From Selaginella moellendorffii (lineage: Eukaryota; Plantae; Lycopodiophyta): DNA of 64,000 nt. A program made the position numbers and the translations under genes. The stretch lies in assembly GCF_000143415.4 (NCBI RefSeq), contig NW_003314359.1, positions 219,477-283,476 of the forward strand, given 5' to 3'. Under the pieces are notes generated by a model, which ran no database searches, was not told the DNA's origin, and worked only from the letters and a program-made list of their open reading frames with translations. Below are positions 10,250-22,167 of the stretch, piece by piece (position 1 is the stretch's first letter; every line of letters begins with the position of its first letter).

Positions 10250-11953
10250 CTAGCATGCATCGTCAACAACAGCAGCAACTTTTCTCGTCAAGCTGGGCCT
10301 CACCTCCGCACTGTAGAACTTGGCGGACCTCAAGCTGAGAGCCACGGCGATGGCACACCCAAACAAACAGGTGGCGCCCATGACGAAGAACGTTTCCCTG
10401 TAGCACTTGGCACCGTCGCACAAGAGCGAGGCCTCCAGCGTGTCAGGGCCCCGGTATCTCCTGGCTTGCCGATCGTAGAACACACCCGCAACTTCCACCG
10501 ACAGGACATACGTCCCAATCCCCTTTGCAACGTTTGGGAAGCTCTGGAGAACTCCATAGTGCTTGAGCCCGAAGATCTCCGCGATGATGGTCGACAGCAC
10601 CGCCCACTGGCCTCCGGTGGCGAGCCCGATGATGGTGGAGCCGATGTACAGCGCGCCGGGAAGGCCCAAGGCGATGAGCAAGTTGCCGAGCGCTAGAAAG
10701 CCGACCACCGCAGCGAACACGAACGGCCGTCCAATGCCAAACTTGTGGAGGAGTATCTCGGACACGAAGCCGCAACCGATTGCTCCCAGGAAGTCCCAGA
10801 GGTTGAGGAGAGCCACGAAGATGTTCATCCTTGCGGTGGAGTATCCCAGGGAGGCGCTCAGCTGGCCCAAGTTGTTGTAGAAGGTGGACACGGTTCCCAG
10901 GCCGCAGGAAGTCGCGATGAGCATGAGCCACATATCGATGCTCAGCAAGGCGTGGACGAGTCTGTAGTCCTTCCCTCTCGCTGGAACTTGGAACCATCTG
11001 TGGATGCCAGCGCCGGAAGCTTGAGAAGGAGAATGGTCGACGACTTGCAGAGAAATAGGCGTGGAATTCATATCCGCGAGCTGAGCTTCAGAGTTATGAG
11101 ATGGCGGTATGCTTTCGACAGCACCAGCACTGTTCGAATGTGATCGAATCTTAGCTCGGACAACCAGAGCAACTGGAAGTAGGACGATGAGCAGCATCAA
11201 ACCAAAGAACACCAAAGGCACCGAGTCTGGAAGCCTGCTTGTCATGCTCCCCTCGATGACTGTGATGACGAGGAGATAGGCAGCTAAGGCAAAGGTGGTG
11301 ACGAGGAACGAGCGGAGAATGGACTTGTCGCTGGACTTCTCGATGACAGGCACGGGCCCGAGGAAGAGGCCAAGCAGCAGATACAGGAACGTCGGTAGCA
11401 GCCCCAGGAAGAGCAGAAAGGAGCGAGCGTGGAACTGGAAGAAAGTCTGGAACACAACCGCGAATGCGGTTGCTCCCAGGCCATTGCTGCCGTCGAGCAA
11501 GCTCAGCAGCATCCCCTGGTGGTGTTTCGGGAAGTTTGTGGCACAGGTGGTCAGAACAGCCGTGACTGCAAAGCCTACAGAGGCGCCGACGAGAAACATA
11601 TAGAAGCTCATTTGCCATGCCGGTGGACGAGCAATCTGGTGAGTGATGGCGAGCCAGGCCATGGTGTAGCCGAACAGGTTGAGCAATGCGGAGACGAACA
11701 TGGTGAGACGGGGGCCGACTCTCGCATTGAGCAAACCGGCCAGGAAAGCCATGCTAGTGCCGAGATCCTTGAAGAAGCTGATGGTATTGACGGACTCTTG
11801 CTTGTAATGCAGGGAGATTTTGAGCTCCTGTGAGAACAAGCTGAAGCTGGTGAGCGTGCCTCCGGTGATTGCTATCAAGTAGAAGCCCGAGACTGCGACG
11901 ATCCAGCGATTGCTAGCGATGGAGAAGAGTTCCTTGGCCATTGCTAGCGCCAT
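10250..11953 (-). CDS. nodulin-like / NFD4-family major facilitator superfamily transporter, copy 1 (567 aa, intronless)
   Basis: Many hydrophobic helices. Motifs FSLFSQELKISLHY.QE...FFKDLG, TCATNFP, EIFGLKHYG and C-terminal CDGAKCYRETF. First ATG at 11953. Confidence 0.92.
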   Translation of the reverse strand: MALAMAKELFSIASNRWIVAVSGFYLIAITGGTLTSFSLFSQELKISLHYKQESVNTISFFKDLGTSMAFLAGLLNARVGPRLTMFVSALLNLFGYTMAWLAITHQIARPPAWQMSFYMFLVGASVGFAVTAVLTTCATNFPKHHQGMLLSLLDGSNGLGATAFAVVFQTFFQFHARSFLLFLGLLPTFLYLLLGLFLGPVPVIEKSSDKSILRSFLVTTFALAAYLLVITVIEGSMTSRLPDSVPLVFFGLMLLIVLLPVALVVRAKIRSHSNSAGAVESIPPSHNSEAQLADMNSTPISLQVVDHSPSQASGAGIHRWFQVPARGKDYRLVHALLSIDMWLMLIATSCGLGTVSTFYNNLGQLSASLGYSTARMNIFVALLNLWDFLGAIGCGFVSEILLHKFGIGRPFVFAAVVGFLALGNLLIALGLPGALYIGSTIIGLATGGQWAVLSTIIAEIFGLKHYGVLQSFPNVAKGIGTYVLSVEVAGVFYDRQARRYRGPDTLEASLLCDGAKCYRETFFVMGATCLFGCAIAVALSLRSAKFYSAEVRPSLTRKVAAVVDDAC

Positions 11954-12495
11954 TGCTGCCAGCTTTGTGGACCGCACAAGGTAACGAGAAAGCTCTTCAG
12001 AATCATGGTTTTCATGCCTTTATATCTTGTTATAATTGCAGTCCATGTGACGCTCTGACTCGAGCCGTCGCTTGCTCTTTGAAATGGCAAGCTTCTTCAA
12101 GCAGAGAGTTTAACATAAACTTGGCAATAACGTAGTTTCGTGGCTAAGTTTTCTATGCGCAGGTCAACTAAGTTGAGCGTTGACTGCATTTTCCATACCA
12201 GTGACAGATTAGCGTCCGCATTTGGCCCCAGATGCGAACGCTAATCTGTCATTGAGGCGGAAAAGTCTACAAATTGGTCTTGAATGGAGGCGGATCCATG
12301 GAAAGTTCGTGCAAATCGTAACGATCTTAAATTCGTACTGCCAAATAGAAATCTTAGTTTTTTGCAACTATATAAGCAGGGCACTGGAAGGACACTGATA
12401 TCCGCATCTCAAAGTTGAGAAAGCCTAGCATCCAAGCATACATTTCCATTTCCATCTTTCGTCTTCCAAGCTTTCTTGCTTACACAGTCCCATCC
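11954..12495. promoter_or_regulatory. bidirectional intergenic promoter of the MFS / 2OGD pair (repeated at 20459-20998 and 26515-27054)
   Basis: About 540 bp between divergent ATGs. CTATATAAG near 12368, W-box-like TTGACY motifs near 12162-12185, and a 50-bp inverted repeat at 12202-12251. Confidence 0.6.
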
Positions 12496-14808
12496 ATGGC
12501 TGGCATCAAGGCATTTGTTGACAGCTGCAACGGGACACTGTCGAGCGTTCCAGAGAGATACATGATGCCGAATGGAGCTGCCGATGTCTCCCGGTACGCG
12601 GTGCTGCCGATAGTCGATGTGGCGAGCGAGAGCTTCGAGAGGGATCTCGTTGACGCTTGCACAAAGTACGGAATGTTCTACGTAAGTTTTGATGAGGTGT
12701 CTTTTTCCTGTAGTACATGTTTGCTAAGTTGTTGTTCTTCTGACTTGCAGCTCAAGAACCACGGAATTCACACCGAGGATGTGATGAGGTGCGCTCTCGA
12801 GTTCTTCAACTCGCCCAGCGAGGACAAGATGCGGTACTACACCGAGGAGATCTTCACACCCGTCCGCTACTGCACCAGCATGATGCCTTCGAAAGAAGAG
12901 AAGCTCGAGTGGCACGACCACCTCCAGATGTGGCTCAAGGAAGAGTCCCTCGGAGCGCACCCCTGGCCCGCGTTCCCAGCCAGCTACAAGTCAGTTTCTC
13001 GCTCCTTGATTATGGTATTGCTCTAGATTGCTGACGCTCTATATGCAACAGGGACGTTGGATCCGAGTACGCCAGAAACATCTTCAAGCTCGGGAAGAGG
13101 ATGCTGTTGGTCATGTCCGAGGGACTTGGCCTCCGCTCAAACCGTCTTCTGGAAGCATTCGCAGAGATGGTTCTTCTGACGAGAGCAAACTTCTATCCGG
13201 CTTGCCCAAACCCGAGGCAGGCCTTGGGCATGGAAGGCCACACCGACAGCGGCGGCCTCACGTTTGTGCTCCAGGATGGAGTCGGGGGATTGCAGCTGAA
13301 GCAAGGCGAGGATTGGTACAACGTGAAGCCACTCGAGGGAATGCTGGTGGTCAACATGGGCGATCAGCTAGAGGTACGAGCAGTCGAAAAGTTTGTGGAA
13401 TGATCCTAATGTTGTCCTTGGTTGGTGATCTCAGAAGCTGAGCAATGGGAGGTACAAGAGCATATTGCACAGGGTGATGGTGAACTCGAAGAGTTCGAGG
13501 CTGTCCGTCGGGGCGTTCCTGGGGCCGTCACTGGATGCGGAGATCAGCCCCATTCCAGAGCTGGTGAGCCAGGAGAGTCCGGCAAAGTACCGCAGCAGGA
13601 CTTACAGGGACTACATGCCCACCAAGCTCTCGTATTTCGACAATATGCGGCAGCTCCAAGCAACAGCCAAGGTGCTCTCCATCACAAAGGTAGCGAGTGA
13701 GTTTTCTAGCTAGGATGTTTAGATGAAGTCCTCTCCTCATTCTCCAGGATTCTGAGCGAGTAGCCATTGTTTCGGATCGGACAATCTTGTATCCTCAAGG
13801 AGGTGGACAGCCCGGGGACAGAGGCTCCATTTCGAGCTTGAATGGAGACACTACATTCCAAGTTCAGGACACAAGGATGAAGAATGGAGTTGTAAGTTTT
13901 CGTTGTGTTTCTTCTCAGAGGATTTACTGCTTCACTCTTGTGCTGTCTGTAGGTCTATCACTATGGTGTCTTTGAGCCATCAGACTCTACTTTCGAAGCT
14001 GGCCAGGAAGTCAGCCTGAGAGTTGAGTCGCAACGCAGGGAATTACACTCAAGGTGCAACACAATCTACAAGCAAACCAGTACCTATCCAGTTTTTCTTT
14101 CTTTATTTTTTCGAGAACAGGTTGCACACCGCGGGGCACTTGATAGATGTATGCATGAAACTTGTGGGACGGACTTTGGAGCCGGCAAAAGGAAACCATT
14201 CTCCAGAGGGGTATGACTTTCGATTCTCAACTTTACACTTTGCAAAGCTTTTCTTTCCGGGATAGAGCTTTTGTCGAGTACATAGGAGCAATTCCGAGCG
14301 GTGAGATAGAGTCGACTCGTGTTGCCCTGCAGAAAGAAATTGATCGTTTGATAGCAAGTGGTGCTTCGGTGAGTTGTGCTATGCCGATGCTTTGTGTTTG
14401 TTCTTATTCTTTTTGGTGCCAGTGTATTTATTCGTGCTAGTACTACAGGTAAATGCATCTGTGCTACCTTATGACGAGGCTGCTGGCTTGTGCGGCGGGA
14501 GCCTTCCCGATTACATATCCAAGGTATACACTATGAATTGGATACAACTTATGATCTTTGTATCTGACCTCCAATGTTCAAATGCCACAGGATAGCAGTC
14601 CCAGAATCGTGAGGATCGGAGATCACACGGGATGCCCCTGCGGTGGCACTCATGTCGACGATGTTAGCTCACTCACGGGCTTGAAAGTAAGCGACTTCGA
14701 AAGAAAGAGCGTCAAGAGGTTTTGAGCTTACATATGTTGCGCGCTTCACAGGTGACGCAGATCAGAGTGAAAAAAGGAGTGACAAAAGTTAGCTACACGC
14801 TGAAATGA
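12496..14808 (+). CDS. chimeric 2OG-Fe(II) dioxygenase :: AlaX tRNA-editing domain fusion (predicted 555 aa, 11 exons)
   Basis: Exons 12496-12681, 12751-12989, 13052-13373, 13435-13689, 13748-13891, 13953-14053, 14121-14210, 14266-14368, 14449-14523, 14591-14686, 14752-14808, all with GT-AG introns. Junction reads YRDYM|PTKLSYFDNM in frame. Confidence 0.72.
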
Positions 14809-15344
14809 TCAGAAGCAACCGGCAAGATGTTTCGGAGATATTTGAATCGTGTTACAGTAAGCTCTGTGCGGTTTCGTGTCATGGTTTCTTGTGTTGATCT
14901 TCTCGTGACTTGCAGATTTCTCTATGATTCTCGAGAGCTTCGCCCTTGATCAATATCTCCTCCGGGTTTCAGGTCTTGCTGAAAACCGCAGAGATATTTC
15001 TCTCAGTTCGCTATTGATGCTCACAAAATCAGATTTTAAGTACTTTTGCTGATAGATGGCATTGTGATTCATAGTGTCGGACTTACTTGATCTGCCGTGC
15101 AATGACGCAGGCACCGACGCACCAAAAGCACTCTGTGAGATCTAAAAGAAATGGAAAGACAGAGAGTGGACACCTGCTGGAAAAGACTAGTCGCTAGTGC
15201 GTTTCGCTCAATTGCTTTTCGTGTGTTTGGATAGCAAGCCTGCTACTTTTTACTCCACAGTTCTTACGATGAATATAATTCCTTGTGATAGTCATACACA
15301 AGCATCATTCTGGGTATAATCGTGCAATTCTATATTAAACCATA

Positions 15345-16440
15345 TAATCATCCCAATCCGAATGCTGAAAGTTCATATACTTCGCGATCATCCTTTTGAA
15401 CATTCGAATGAATTGTTCCACAAGACTATCTGATTGTGGATGATAAGCACTCGTGAAAGTGTGGCGTATCCCCAACTGAGATGTCAAAACATAAAATGCT
15501 TTAGCCATAAATGTGGGATCATTATCCTAAAGAATTTGCTCTGGATAAGAATGCTAGAACACCACTCGATTAAGGAGGAAGTATCTAACAACAGTTATAA
15601 AGGCACTAACAAAAGCACCAACTTCCACCCAATGAATCAAGTAATCAAAAGCAATAATAATATCTCAGGTGAACAGCCTGAGGCGAGCTTATCAAAGGCT
15701 TTTCATGAACAGTGATGAAAATGCTGGAGGGATCGACATTACTAGCAATTGACCGTGGAAAAAGTCCCATAAGATCAAATGCCACCAACTCAAATGGAGA
15801 AATTGCAATTAACTCTAATGGTCCTTCTGGAGCACGAAGGAGAGTATTACAAACTTAACACCAAACGCAATTATGCATATACTAGATAATATCACGTTGT
15901 ATTTCTAGCTAATAGAAAAACCTATGTAGCTTGTCAGTTACACGACGATGTCCCATATGCCCACCTAAAACAAGAGAATTGTGGTAGGCATAGAGAAACC
16001 GCAAAATAAAGACAAAAGACACTACCAATTGTAAATGATCATCAGAATCCGTCCCCACAAAGTAAAGAAGGCCATTTTAAAGGCGATACTGAGAATGTAA
16101 ATGTTAGAATGGCAAGTCATCAGCAAGTCATGTAGGATTCTCAAACCCATCTCGAATCCTTCGCATCCATAGCTCACGTTTTTTAGCCTCACAAACCTCA
16201 TCAAGAAAATGTAGATTTTGCTCTGCACCTTGCGGACACTGAACGTCGAGTATAACAACCGTCAACAGCATAGAATCCTCGTTTAGAAAATTTACAGACG
16301 CCAAAACAATAAACTCATTAAAAACATAAAAGATAGTGGAAAAGGAAGAAGAGCTCGAGAAATGGCATTAGCATTAGCCATGAAACTCCCAAAGCAATTA
16401 ACAACATCAAAATCATATATTTGAAGCTTTAAAATTTATC
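15345..16440 (-). mobile_element. degenerate gypsy fragment (RNase H end and integrase N-terminus) of family C
   Basis: Aligns by eye with about 41240-42200, with many G>A/C>T changes. The same fragment reappears at 7594-7622 and 7961-7990. Confidence 0.85.
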
Positions 16441-18754
16441 AAGCAAAAAAAAGAAATTTTTGCCTGCAATTTTCAATAAGACCTAGATATTGATTGAGGG
16501 CGAACTTATAGAGAAATCTGCAAGTCACTAGAAGATCAACACAAGAAACCATAACACAAAACCACACGGGCTTATGTCTATGAAATAGCTATGTTGGTCG
16601 TATAGTTCAAATCCTCACCTATTATGCTTTGGTGTATCCAAAGTTACAGAGGTAAGATTAATACAGTTGAATGTCATATATAAGTCCCTTTTGCCGGCTG
16701 AATCACACCTGGACTCCACTCCCTACTGGCCAACATATCCACTTCCTTACAGAATATGCTCCAGTAGCACTTGGTAAGCTTTGGCAAAAGTGCCCATCAA
16801 TCATTCTTCTTGCTGTTATGAGCTTTGTCTTGAGCACAAATGCCTAGTTTCAGCTGATCCTTACAATTGTAAGTATCTGGAAATATCATCTAGCATTTTG
16901 ACTTTCACATTCAGTTTTAGCTAGCATTTGACTAATAGATAGGTCAACATTGTCAACCCGACTGTCGAAGACTATCTTAAACATCGGATTGGCTCCCACA
17001 TGTGGGGCACTCAACATGGGTGAAGTCAAATTCATGGATCCATCTAGAGGTTGTTCGTGTGCAACTTGGCGAGCTATCAGATAACATACATACATGGGAT
17101 AAAGTTCCTGCAAAACCCTGTGATTGAGCCATTCAGTGATCCTACTACAAGAGCTACTAAATATACAATAGATGACAATTTCTAATTGGCTATGATGAAT
17201 TAGGTAAATATTCTATGTTCAAGTTTCATAAGTATTCATATTTTCATGTAAAAGTTAGTTCACTGAACTGATAGTATGCTGACATCCTTAACTCCACGCA
17301 CATTGACATGAACATTATGGGTAGAATTGTTGCTCACACTAGGATAAACATTGAGAACATTATAAGTTCTACCATCATGAATACCATGGAAAAATGCTTA
17401 GGCATCCTGATATATCACATCCCTACTTCAAGGTTAGTAAATAACTTCCAAGGGGTTATTCCTTTTCTTGAACCTCTTGTTTCAGGTCTACTGTATCTGT
17501 TGATCAACACATGAAAGTAAAACAATTGATATTTCTGGAGGTATTGCTTGTTGATTTGTCCTCCCAACGCTACATTAACTTTCGTTGACTCATTTGTAGA
17601 ATTCAACATGCGAAAATTTAAACCCAGAGACAGTGTCATAGATCAGCTCACCCCCAACGCGACACATACTGCAGTGTGCGGTGTTGAATGCATGTTTAAT
17701 CCTAAGTAACTGACAGCTAGTTTCAGCCATAACATTGCTAAGCACAAACCCATCACTTCGAAGAACAAATTTCTTCCGAAAGCTGAAGAGATGTTTGCTC
17801 CATAATATTGTCATGAAGAATGCGTAATAAACAACCAATGTTGATGTGGCGCTCCACGTGGGTTGGCAGCGCGCTACGTCATCGGCTACCATTTCTTAAG
17901 TTGTTTGGGCAGATCTTTCTCTTGAAAATGCTTTGTTGATTCTCCGAGAAATCACTTTTTTGTAGATCTGTTGCACCAAAGAGCAAGCGATACAAGACTA
18001 ACCCAGCAAGCTGGACGCCGAATTCCGCACTGGGAGCTCGATCAAGGACCGCGACAACCTGTGGCGCGGGCAACAAGAGCAGCTCCCAATCGAAGCAATG
18101 ACCAGGGAAACACTTTTATAGCTCATTGATCCGGGAGGTGCTGGGACAGGAAGCGCTTCTACAACTCGTGCATCGGGGAATCGAGAGATTTCTCCAGAGA
18201 TTTCTCGCTGGTGCTCGCGGCATTCAAGGCTTGCAGCTGGTGCCTCGGGCGGTGCTCAATGTTTCTTTTTGGTTGTTACATCGGCAGATGGAGCTTGTGA
18301 TTCCCAAGTTAGGGCGGATGAAAAAGCGCATTCGGAGCCTTTTTCTGCGGAGAAGCATTAGCACAGCAATCACGCAGGGCCGATTGTTTGCGCCACTAGG
18401 TAATGTTGATATTAACTTCGCTTTTTGCATTGCATGGTTTGGCACAATGGATGAAAATGGAAAACCAAGAAGCTTGAATGGATTAAAGTACCATAATTGG
18501 GGAGTAAACGATGGTCAAGCAGGGCACAGAGCTCATGGAACATGGATCCTAGGGCAAGCGGCGCACTGCGGGATCGCTCATCCATTCACGAGGTAAGAAT
18601 CATCTTTAGCTTGGGTGGATTTGGCGCTGGAGTGTCTTGTTTAGCTCACTCTAGGAGAAACCATTCGGTCTCTCTTGCGACTTCTTTTGCTTAAGACGCG
18701 CTCATATTTTTCTTTCCTTCTCTTGTGTAGCTTAAAAAAAAATGGAAGACTCTG

Positions 18755-20458
18755 CTAGCATGCATCGTCAACAACAGCAGCAACTTTTCTCGTCAAGCTG
18801 GGCCTCACCTCCGCACTGTAGAACTTGGCGGACCTCAAGCTGAGAGCCACGGCGATGGCACACCCAAACAAACAGGTGGCGCCCATGACGAAGAACGTTT
18901 CCCTGTAGCACTTGGCACCGTCGCACAAGAGCGAGGCCTCCAGCGTGTCAGGGCCCCGGTATCTCCTGGCTTGCCGATCGTAGAACACACCCGCAACTTC
19001 CACCGACAGGACATACGTCCCAATCCCCTTTGCAACGTTTGGGAAGCTCTGGAGAACTCCATAGTGCTTGAGCCCGAAGATCTCCGCGATGATGGTCGAC
19101 AGCACCGCCCACTGGCCTCCGGTGGCGAGCCCGATGATGGTGGAGCCGATGTACAGCGCGCCGGGAAGGCCCAAGGCGATGAGCAAGTTGCCGAGCGCTA
19201 GAAAGCCGACCACCGCAGCGAACACGAACGGCCGTCCAATGCCAAACTTGTGGAGGAGTATCTCGGACACGAAGCCGCAACCGATTGCTCCCAGGAAGTC
19301 CCAGAGGTTGAGGAGAGCCACGAAGATGTTCATCCTTGCGGTGGAGTATCCCAGGGAGGCGCTCAGCTGGCCCAAGTTGTTGTAGAAGGTGGACACGGTT
19401 CCCAGGCCGCAGGAAGTCGCGATGAGCATGAGCCACATATCGATGCTCAGCAAGGCGTGGACGAGCCTGTAGTCCTTCCCTCTCGCTGGAACTTGGAACC
19501 ATCTGTGGATGCCAGCGCTGGAAGCTTGAGAAGGAGAATGGTCGACGACTTGCAGAGAACTAGGCGTGGAATTCATATCCGCGAGCTGAGCTTCAGAGTT
19601 ATGAGATGGCGGTATGCTTTCGACAGCACCAGCACTGTTCGAATGTGATCGAATCTTAGCTCGGACAACCAGAGCAACTGGAAGTAGGACGATGAGCAGC
19701 ATCAAACCAAAGAACACGAAAGGCACCGAGTCTGGAAGCCTGCTCGGTATGGTCCCCTCGATGACTGTGACGACGAGGAGATAGGCAGCTAAGGCAAAGG
19801 TGGTGATGAGGAACGAGCGGAGAATGGACTTGTCGCTGGACTTCTCGATGACAGGCACGGGCCCGAGGAAGAGGCCAAGCAGCAGATACAGGAACGTCGG
19901 TAGCAGCCCCAGGAAGAGCAGAAACGAGCGAGCGTGGACCTGGAAGAAAGTCTGGAACACAACCGCGAATGCGGTTGCTCCCAGGCCATTGCTGCCGTCG
20001 AGCAAGCTCAGCAGCATCCCCTGGTGGTGTTTCGGGAAGTTTGTGGCACAGGTGGTCAGAACAGCCGTGACTGCAAAGCCTACAGAGGCGCCGACGAGAA
20101 ACATATAGAAGCTCATTTGCCATGCCGGTGGACGAGCAATCTGGTGAGTGATGGCGAGCCAGGCCATGGTGTAGCCGAACAGGTTGAGCAATGCGGAGAC
20201 GAACATGGTGAGACGGGGGCCGACTCTCGCATTGAGCAAACCGGCCAGGAAAGCCATGCTAGTGCCGAGATCCTTGAAGAAGCTGATGGTATTGACGGAC
20301 TCTTGCTTGTAATGCAGGGAGATTTTGAGCTCCTGTGAGAACAAGCTGAAGCTGGTGAGCGTGCCTCCGGTGATTGCTATCAAGTAGAAGCCCGAGACTG
20401 CGACGATCCAGCGATTGCTAGCGATGGAGAAGAGTTCCTTGGCCATTGCTAGCGCCAT
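18755..20458 (-). CDS. nodulin-like MFS transporter, copy 2 (567 aa)
   Basis: Intact ORF nearly identical to copy 1. Confidence 0.92.
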   Translation of the reverse strand: MALAMAKELFSIASNRWIVAVSGFYLIAITGGTLTSFSLFSQELKISLHYKQESVNTISFFKDLGTSMAFLAGLLNARVGPRLTMFVSALLNLFGYTMAWLAITHQIARPPAWQMSFYMFLVGASVGFAVTAVLTTCATNFPKHHQGMLLSLLDGSNGLGATAFAVVFQTFFQVHARSFLLFLGLLPTFLYLLLGLFLGPVPVIEKSSDKSILRSFLITTFALAAYLLVVTVIEGTIPSRLPDSVPFVFFGLMLLIVLLPVALVVRAKIRSHSNSAGAVESIPPSHNSEAQLADMNSTPSSLQVVDHSPSQASSAGIHRWFQVPARGKDYRLVHALLSIDMWLMLIATSCGLGTVSTFYNNLGQLSASLGYSTARMNIFVALLNLWDFLGAIGCGFVSEILLHKFGIGRPFVFAAVVGFLALGNLLIALGLPGALYIGSTIIGLATGGQWAVLSTIIAEIFGLKHYGVLQSFPNVAKGIGTYVLSVEVAGVFYDRQARRYRGPDTLEASLLCDGAKCYRETFFVMGATCLFGCAIAVALSLRSAKFYSAEVRPSLTRKVAAVVDDAC

Positions 20459-20998
20459 TGCTGCCAGCTTTGTGGACCGCACAAGGTAACGAGAAAGCTC
20501 TTCAGAATCATGGTTTTCATGCCTTTATATCTTGTTATAATTGCAGTCCATGTGACGCTCTGACTCGAGCCGTCGCTTGCTCTTTGAAATGGCAAGCTTC
20601 TTCAAGCAGAGAGTTTAACATAAACTTGGCAATAACGTAGTTTCGTGGCTAAGTTTTCTATGCGCAAGTCAACTAAGTTGAGCGTTGACTGCATTTGCCA
20701 TATCAGTGACAGATTAGCGTTCGCATTTGGCCCCAGATGAACGCTAATCTGTCATTGAGACGGAAAAGTCTACAAATTGGTCTTGAATGGAGGCGGATCC
20801 ATGGAAAGTTCGTGCAAATCGTAACGTTCTTAAATTCGTACTGCCAAATAGAAATCTTAGTTTTTTGCAACTATATAAGCAGGGCACTGGGAGGAGACTG
20901 ATATCCGCATCTCAAAGTTGAGAAAGCCTAGCATCCAAGCATACATTTCCATTTCCATCTTTCGTCTTCCAAGCTTTCTGGCTTACACAGTCCCATCC

Positions 20999-22167
20999 AT
21001 GGCTGGCATCAAGGCATTTGTTGACAGCTGCAACGGGACACTGTCGAGCGTTCCAGAGAGATACATGATGCCGAATGGAGCTGCCGATGTCTCCCGGTAC
21101 GCGGTGCTGCCGATAGTCGATGTGGCGAGCGAGAGCTTCGAGAGGGATCTCGTTGACGCTTGCACAAAGTACGGAATGTTCTACGTAAGTTTTGATGAGG
21201 TGTCTTTTTCCTGTAAGTTGTTGTTCTTCTGACTTGCAGCTCAAGAACCACGGAATTCACACCGAGGATGTGATGAGGTGTGCTCTCGAGTTCTTCAACT
21301 CGCCCAGCGAGGACAAAATGCGGTACTACACCGAGGAGATCTTCACACCCGTCCGCTACTGCACCAGCATGATGCCTTCGAAAGAAGAGAAGCTTGAGTG
21401 GCACGACCACCTCCAGATGTGGCTCAAGGAAGAGTCCCTCGGAGTGCACCCCTGGCCCGCGTTCCCAGCCAGCTACAAGTCAGTTTCTCGCTCCTTGATT
21501 TTTCGTATTGATCTAGATTGCTGACGCTCTATATGCAACAGGGACGTTGGATCCGAGTACGCCAGAAACATCTTCAAGCTCGGGAAGAGGATGCTGTTGG
21601 TCATGTCCGAGGGACTTGGCCTCCGCTCAAACCGTCTTCTGGAAGCATTCGCAGAGATGGTTCTTCTGACGAGAGCAAACTTCTATCCGGCTTGCCCGAA
21701 CCCGAGGCAGGCCTTGGGCATGGAAGGCCACACCGACAGCGGCGGCCTCACGTTTGTGCTCCAGGATGGAGTCGGGGGATTGCAGCTGAAGCAAGGCGAG
21801 GATTGGTACAACGTGAGGCCACTCGAGGGAATGCTGGTGGTCAACATGGGCGATCAGCTAGAGGTACGAGCAGTCGAAAACTTTTTGAGAAACTGTGGAT
21901 TGATCTTTGTCTTGGTTGATTGTCTTGTATCAGAAGCTCAGCAATGGGAGATACAAGAGCATATTGCACAGGGTGATGGTGAACTCGAAGAGTTCAAGGC
22001 TGTCCGTCGGGGCGTTCCTGGGGCCGTCACTAGACGCGGAGATCAGCCCGATTCCAGAGCTGGTGAGCCAGGAGAGTCCGGCAAAATACCGCAGCAGGAC
22101 TTATAGGGATTACATGCACGAGGTGTACACGGAGCACTTCTCCGGGAAGAATGTCTATGTGGCTTGA
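20999..22167 (+). CDS. 2-oxoglutarate/Fe(II)-dependent dioxygenase (DOXC class, DMR6/DLO-like), copy 2, 326 aa
   Basis: Exons 20999-21184, 21240-21478, 21542-21863, 21934-22167. Motifs NFYPACP, HTD...HRV iron triad, RLS 2OG-binding, LKNHGI. Confidence 0.92.

Noticed and set aside
12202-12222. miR156-like sequence (starts TGACAGA)
   Set aside because: Only the first 7 nt match; the rest differs.
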